A stretch of DNA of 64,000 nucleotides, from positions 9,833,073-9,897,072 of the forward strand of contig JAHRHZ010000079.1 of assembly GCA_024137785.1 (NCBI GenBank), read 5' to 3'. A program made the position numbers and the translations under genes. The notes beneath the pieces are model-generated. The model had not been told where the DNA came from and made no database searches. It saw only the letters and a program-made list of their open reading frames with translations. This document shows positions 60,880 to 64,000 of this stretch, piece by piece; the stretch's first letter is position 1, and the number at the start of each line of letters is the position of its first letter. The stretch comes from Ginglymostoma cirratum. Its lineage: Eukaryota.

Positions 60880-62760
60880 TTTAGAATAGATCTAACAACT
60901 AAAGACTGGGCATCCATGAGGTGCTGTGAGCCCTCAGCAACAGCACAACCATATTCCAGTACAATCTACAACCTCATGGCCTGGCATATTCCGTACTCTA
61001 CCATTACCAGAGGCCAGTAGGGCACGCTAGGTATATCTAAAAATGAGGCGCCAGTCTGGTGATGCTACAAAACAGTGCTACTTGCTTGTCAATCAACAAA
61101 AGCGGCTAGTATTAGAGAGAGCTAACCAATCCAACAAACAATGGATCAAATTTAAGTTCTGCAGTCCTGCCAAATCCAGTCATGAATGGTGCTTAAAAAT
61201 GAATCAACTCATTGGAGGAGGAGGCTCCATAATGATGTGCAAACCAAGCACATCAGTGCAAAGGATAAGGCTGAAGCATTTGCAAGAACCTTTAGCCAGA
61301 AGTGCTGAATAGATGATCCTTTGTTGCCTCCTTCAGAGGTCCCAGTATCACAGATGCCAGTCTTCAGCAAATTTAATTGCCTCCATGTGATATCAAGAGA
61401 TGTCTGAAAGCACTAGATACTGCAATGGCTATTGGGCCCCAGCAACATTCCTGCAGTAGTAGTGATGAGTCGTGCTCCAGAATAGGTCAGGAATTCATTA
61501 GAGGATGCACCAGCAAACCTGCCTTCTGTAGCACCCAGGACTGCAGCAATATTGTAGGGACACTCTTGCCTCCCTTTCCAAGCCTACCTGCTACTGCTAT
61601 AAATAAAAAGCTGGACAAATCCACCCTAGCCAATTGTTGTCTTCATCAGTCTACTTTCAGTCTTCAGTAAAATGGTGGAAGAGGTTATCAACAGTGCCAT
61701 CAAGCAGCATTTGCTTAGTAACAACCTCAACCTGTCATTCAGCTTGGGTTCCGTCAGGGCTACTCAGCTTTTGACCTCACTACAGCCTTGGTTTAAACAT
61801 TGACAAAAGAGTTGAATTCTGGCGGTGGGTGAAAGTGACATCAAGGCTGCACTTGACCACGTGGCATCAACAAGCCCTAGCAAAACAGGAATAAATGGGA
61901 ATTGCAGGGCCTAATTCTCCATTGGTTGGAGTAATACCTGGCACACAAGAAGATGGTTATGGTTGTTGAAGGTGAGTCATCTCAGCTCCAGTTCATGCAG
62001 GAGTTCCTTGTGATAGTGCCCTAGGCCCAACCATCTTCAGCTACTTCATCAATGGCCTTCCTTCTATCAAAAGGTCAAAAGTGGAAAGGTTTGCTGATAT
62101 CTACACATTGCTGAGCACTGCTTGTGAGCCCCCAGATATGGAAGCAGTCCTTGTCCAAATTTGGCAAAACCTGGACAATGTCCAGATTTGGACTAACTTG
62201 TGGCAAATGACAGTTGTGCCATACAAGTGCCTGGCAATGATCATCCCCAACAACAGAGAAAGCAGCCATCAGCCGCTGAATTACAATGGTGTCATCATTA
62301 CTGAAATCCCAACAATATCACACTGGGGATTACTATTGACCAGAAATGGAACTGGACTAGCCATACACATAGCGTAGTCCAACAGTAGCTCAGGCACTAG
62401 GAATTTTGCAGTGACTAATTCACCACCTGGCTTCTAAAAACCTATCCACCATCTACAAATTCAGGATAGTGATGGAATACTCTCTATTTGCCTGGATGAG
62501 TGCAGTTGCAACAATACTCAATAAGATTGACATCGTCCAAGACAAAGTAGCCACTTGATTGGCAACACATCCACAAGTATTCATTCCCTTCACCGCTGAC
62601 ATTCAGTAGCAGCAGTGTCTCCCACCAACAAAATGCATGACAGATATTCACCAAGACTACTTTGACAGCACCTTCCAAATCCCTATTAATTTCCAACTAG
62701 AACGACAATGGCAACAGATACATGGGATCACTACTACCTGCAAGTTCCCCTGCAAACCAC
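60880..62760 (+). mobile_element. CR1-like LINE ORF2 remnant (same family as 16084-17053)
   Basis: DIKRCLKALDTAMAIGP, DKSTLANC, caggagttcc...ctaggcccaaccatcttcagct, FADI, LDNVQIW. Confidence 0.85.
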
Positions 62761-63393
62761 TCAATGATTATCCTGGTGTTCAAGATGAAGTTGTGGATAA
62801 GTAAGCAGTGACACTAGATTCGCCAGATCCCCACTCTGATTTCCATGTTGGGGATTCTCAACATCCATTTTCTATCCATATATTCTACTTTCTACCCCTC
62901 TCCATCTATCTGCTGTGGGATACTTCTACCCATTCAGCCAGGTTTCCATGTCAGCGTGGTGTCTTCCTGTTGACAGGGAAATTCCAGTTGGCGTTGGGAG
63001 ACTATCTTTAATTGGTTCTTTAAATGGCCTGATTGTATCCTGCCACTTGTCGTTGGATAGCTGCAGACACCTACCCATCCATCATCCCACTCCAACTCCA
63101 GCCAGCTTCTCCTCAAACAATCTGGAGATCGGAACATGTCACTTTCTGATGGCAAGTTGCCTCTGATTCCACCTCCTCATCACAACACAATTGATTTGAT
63201 TTGATTTATTGTAGTCATGTTTATCTAAGTACAGTGAAAACCTTAGTTTGCGAGCAAGTCAAGCAGATCACAGTAATCAAGGGCATACAGATCATAGGGT
63301 GAAAAAAAAACTTGGACAAAGTGAGGCATACAGATTACACCACACAGGACGTGCACGAAACAAGATCAACATTAACAAGATCAACATTGTTTG

Positions 63394-63431
63394 AGTTAAC
63401 GTTTCGGGTCCGGTGACCCTTCCTCAGAACT
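63394..63431 (-). ncRNA. Minimal type I hammerhead ribozyme motif, best-paired copy
   Basis: Minus strand agtt CTGAGGA a gggtc accg gaccc GAAA CGTT aact: stem I agtt/aact, perfect 5-bp stem II, palindromic AACGTT stem III. Confidence 0.78.
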
Positions 63432-63841
63432 AATGGCAGCTTGCAAAACATTGGTTTATATGCAGAAATAGACAGAGGGATGGTGTAGGGGGTAAAATAT
63501 AGGATAAAGCCTGAAGAGAGAGAAGAGCAGTTGGATAGACAAAGGAGTTGATAACAATCTGGCTAGGAGGGTAAATAGCTGTTAATGGGGACTGTTAGTA
63601 ACTAACAATAGGTAGTGTATAATGGCAGGCTTTGTGATAACAAGACCCCTACTCCATTCCCCTCTCCATTTTCTGCAATATAAAGCGACGTTTTCCCAGC
63701 TACCATCAGTTCTGAGGAAGGGTCACCGGAGCCAAACCTCTGATTTTTTTCTTCACAGTTGCTGCCAGACCTGCTGAGCTTTTCCAGCAACTTCTGTTTT
63801 TGTTCCTGATTTACAGCATCCACAGTTCTTTCAGTATTTAT
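63395..63841. mobile_element. Fold-back PLE element (family B)
   Basis: Minus-strand terminal copy 63395-63650 then plus-strand terminal copy to 63841; exact 14-bp TSD tcaacattgtttga at 63381-63394 and 63842-63855. Confidence 0.88.
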
Positions 63842-64000
63842 TCAACATTGTTTGAATATAGAGAATCCATTCATCAGTCTAATAACAGCAGTGAAGAAAC
63901 TGTGCTTGAACATGTTAGTGTGTGTGTTCAAGCTTCCATATCTTCTCCCCAACAGAAGAGGTTGTCGGGGAGCGTTACCAAAGTGGGAGATGTGTCTTTG

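Larger units (their letters stand above)
63190..64000 (-). mobile_element. Rex/Babar LINE 3' tail interrupted by a PLE mini-element
   Basis: Similar to 33150-33450 (acagtgaaaa, gtctaataacagcag.gaagaa.ctgt). Confidence 0.7.

Noticed and set aside
1-64000. CRISPR array, operon or other prokaryotic defence system
   Set aside because: No regularly spaced repeats or gene-dense ORFs; sequence is a vertebrate repeat landscape

Overview
Vertebrate nuclear DNA, almost certainly from a shark/elasmobranch (inferred from HE1-type V-SINEs and CR1/HER1-like LINEs). It is AT-rich, transposon-dense and intronic or intergenic; I recognise no host gene. Most listed ORFs are TE fragments. Contents: five HE1 V-SINEs; many CR1-clade LINE fragments, including a younger ~2 kb copy; Rex/Babar LINE tails; one full-length degenerate Gypsy element (44677-51151) plus a related solo LTR; a second decayed Gypsy; PIF/Harbinger transposase and Myb/SANT remnants. 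The most structured signal is a graded series of Penelope-like elements (PLEs) from about three families. They range from RT+GIY-YIG coding copies down to 90-250 bp fold-back mini-elements, carry minimal hammerhead-ribozyme motifs (CUGANGA...GAAACGUH), and are flanked by 11-17 bp target-site duplications. Also noted: a CR1-like LINE apparently carrying a tRNA-type head shared with a short SINE, three candidate minus-strand exons of an unidentified gene, and TE-poor blocks resembling conserved non-coding enhancers. Boundaries of old repeats are approximate and family names come from recalled motifs, not database searches.
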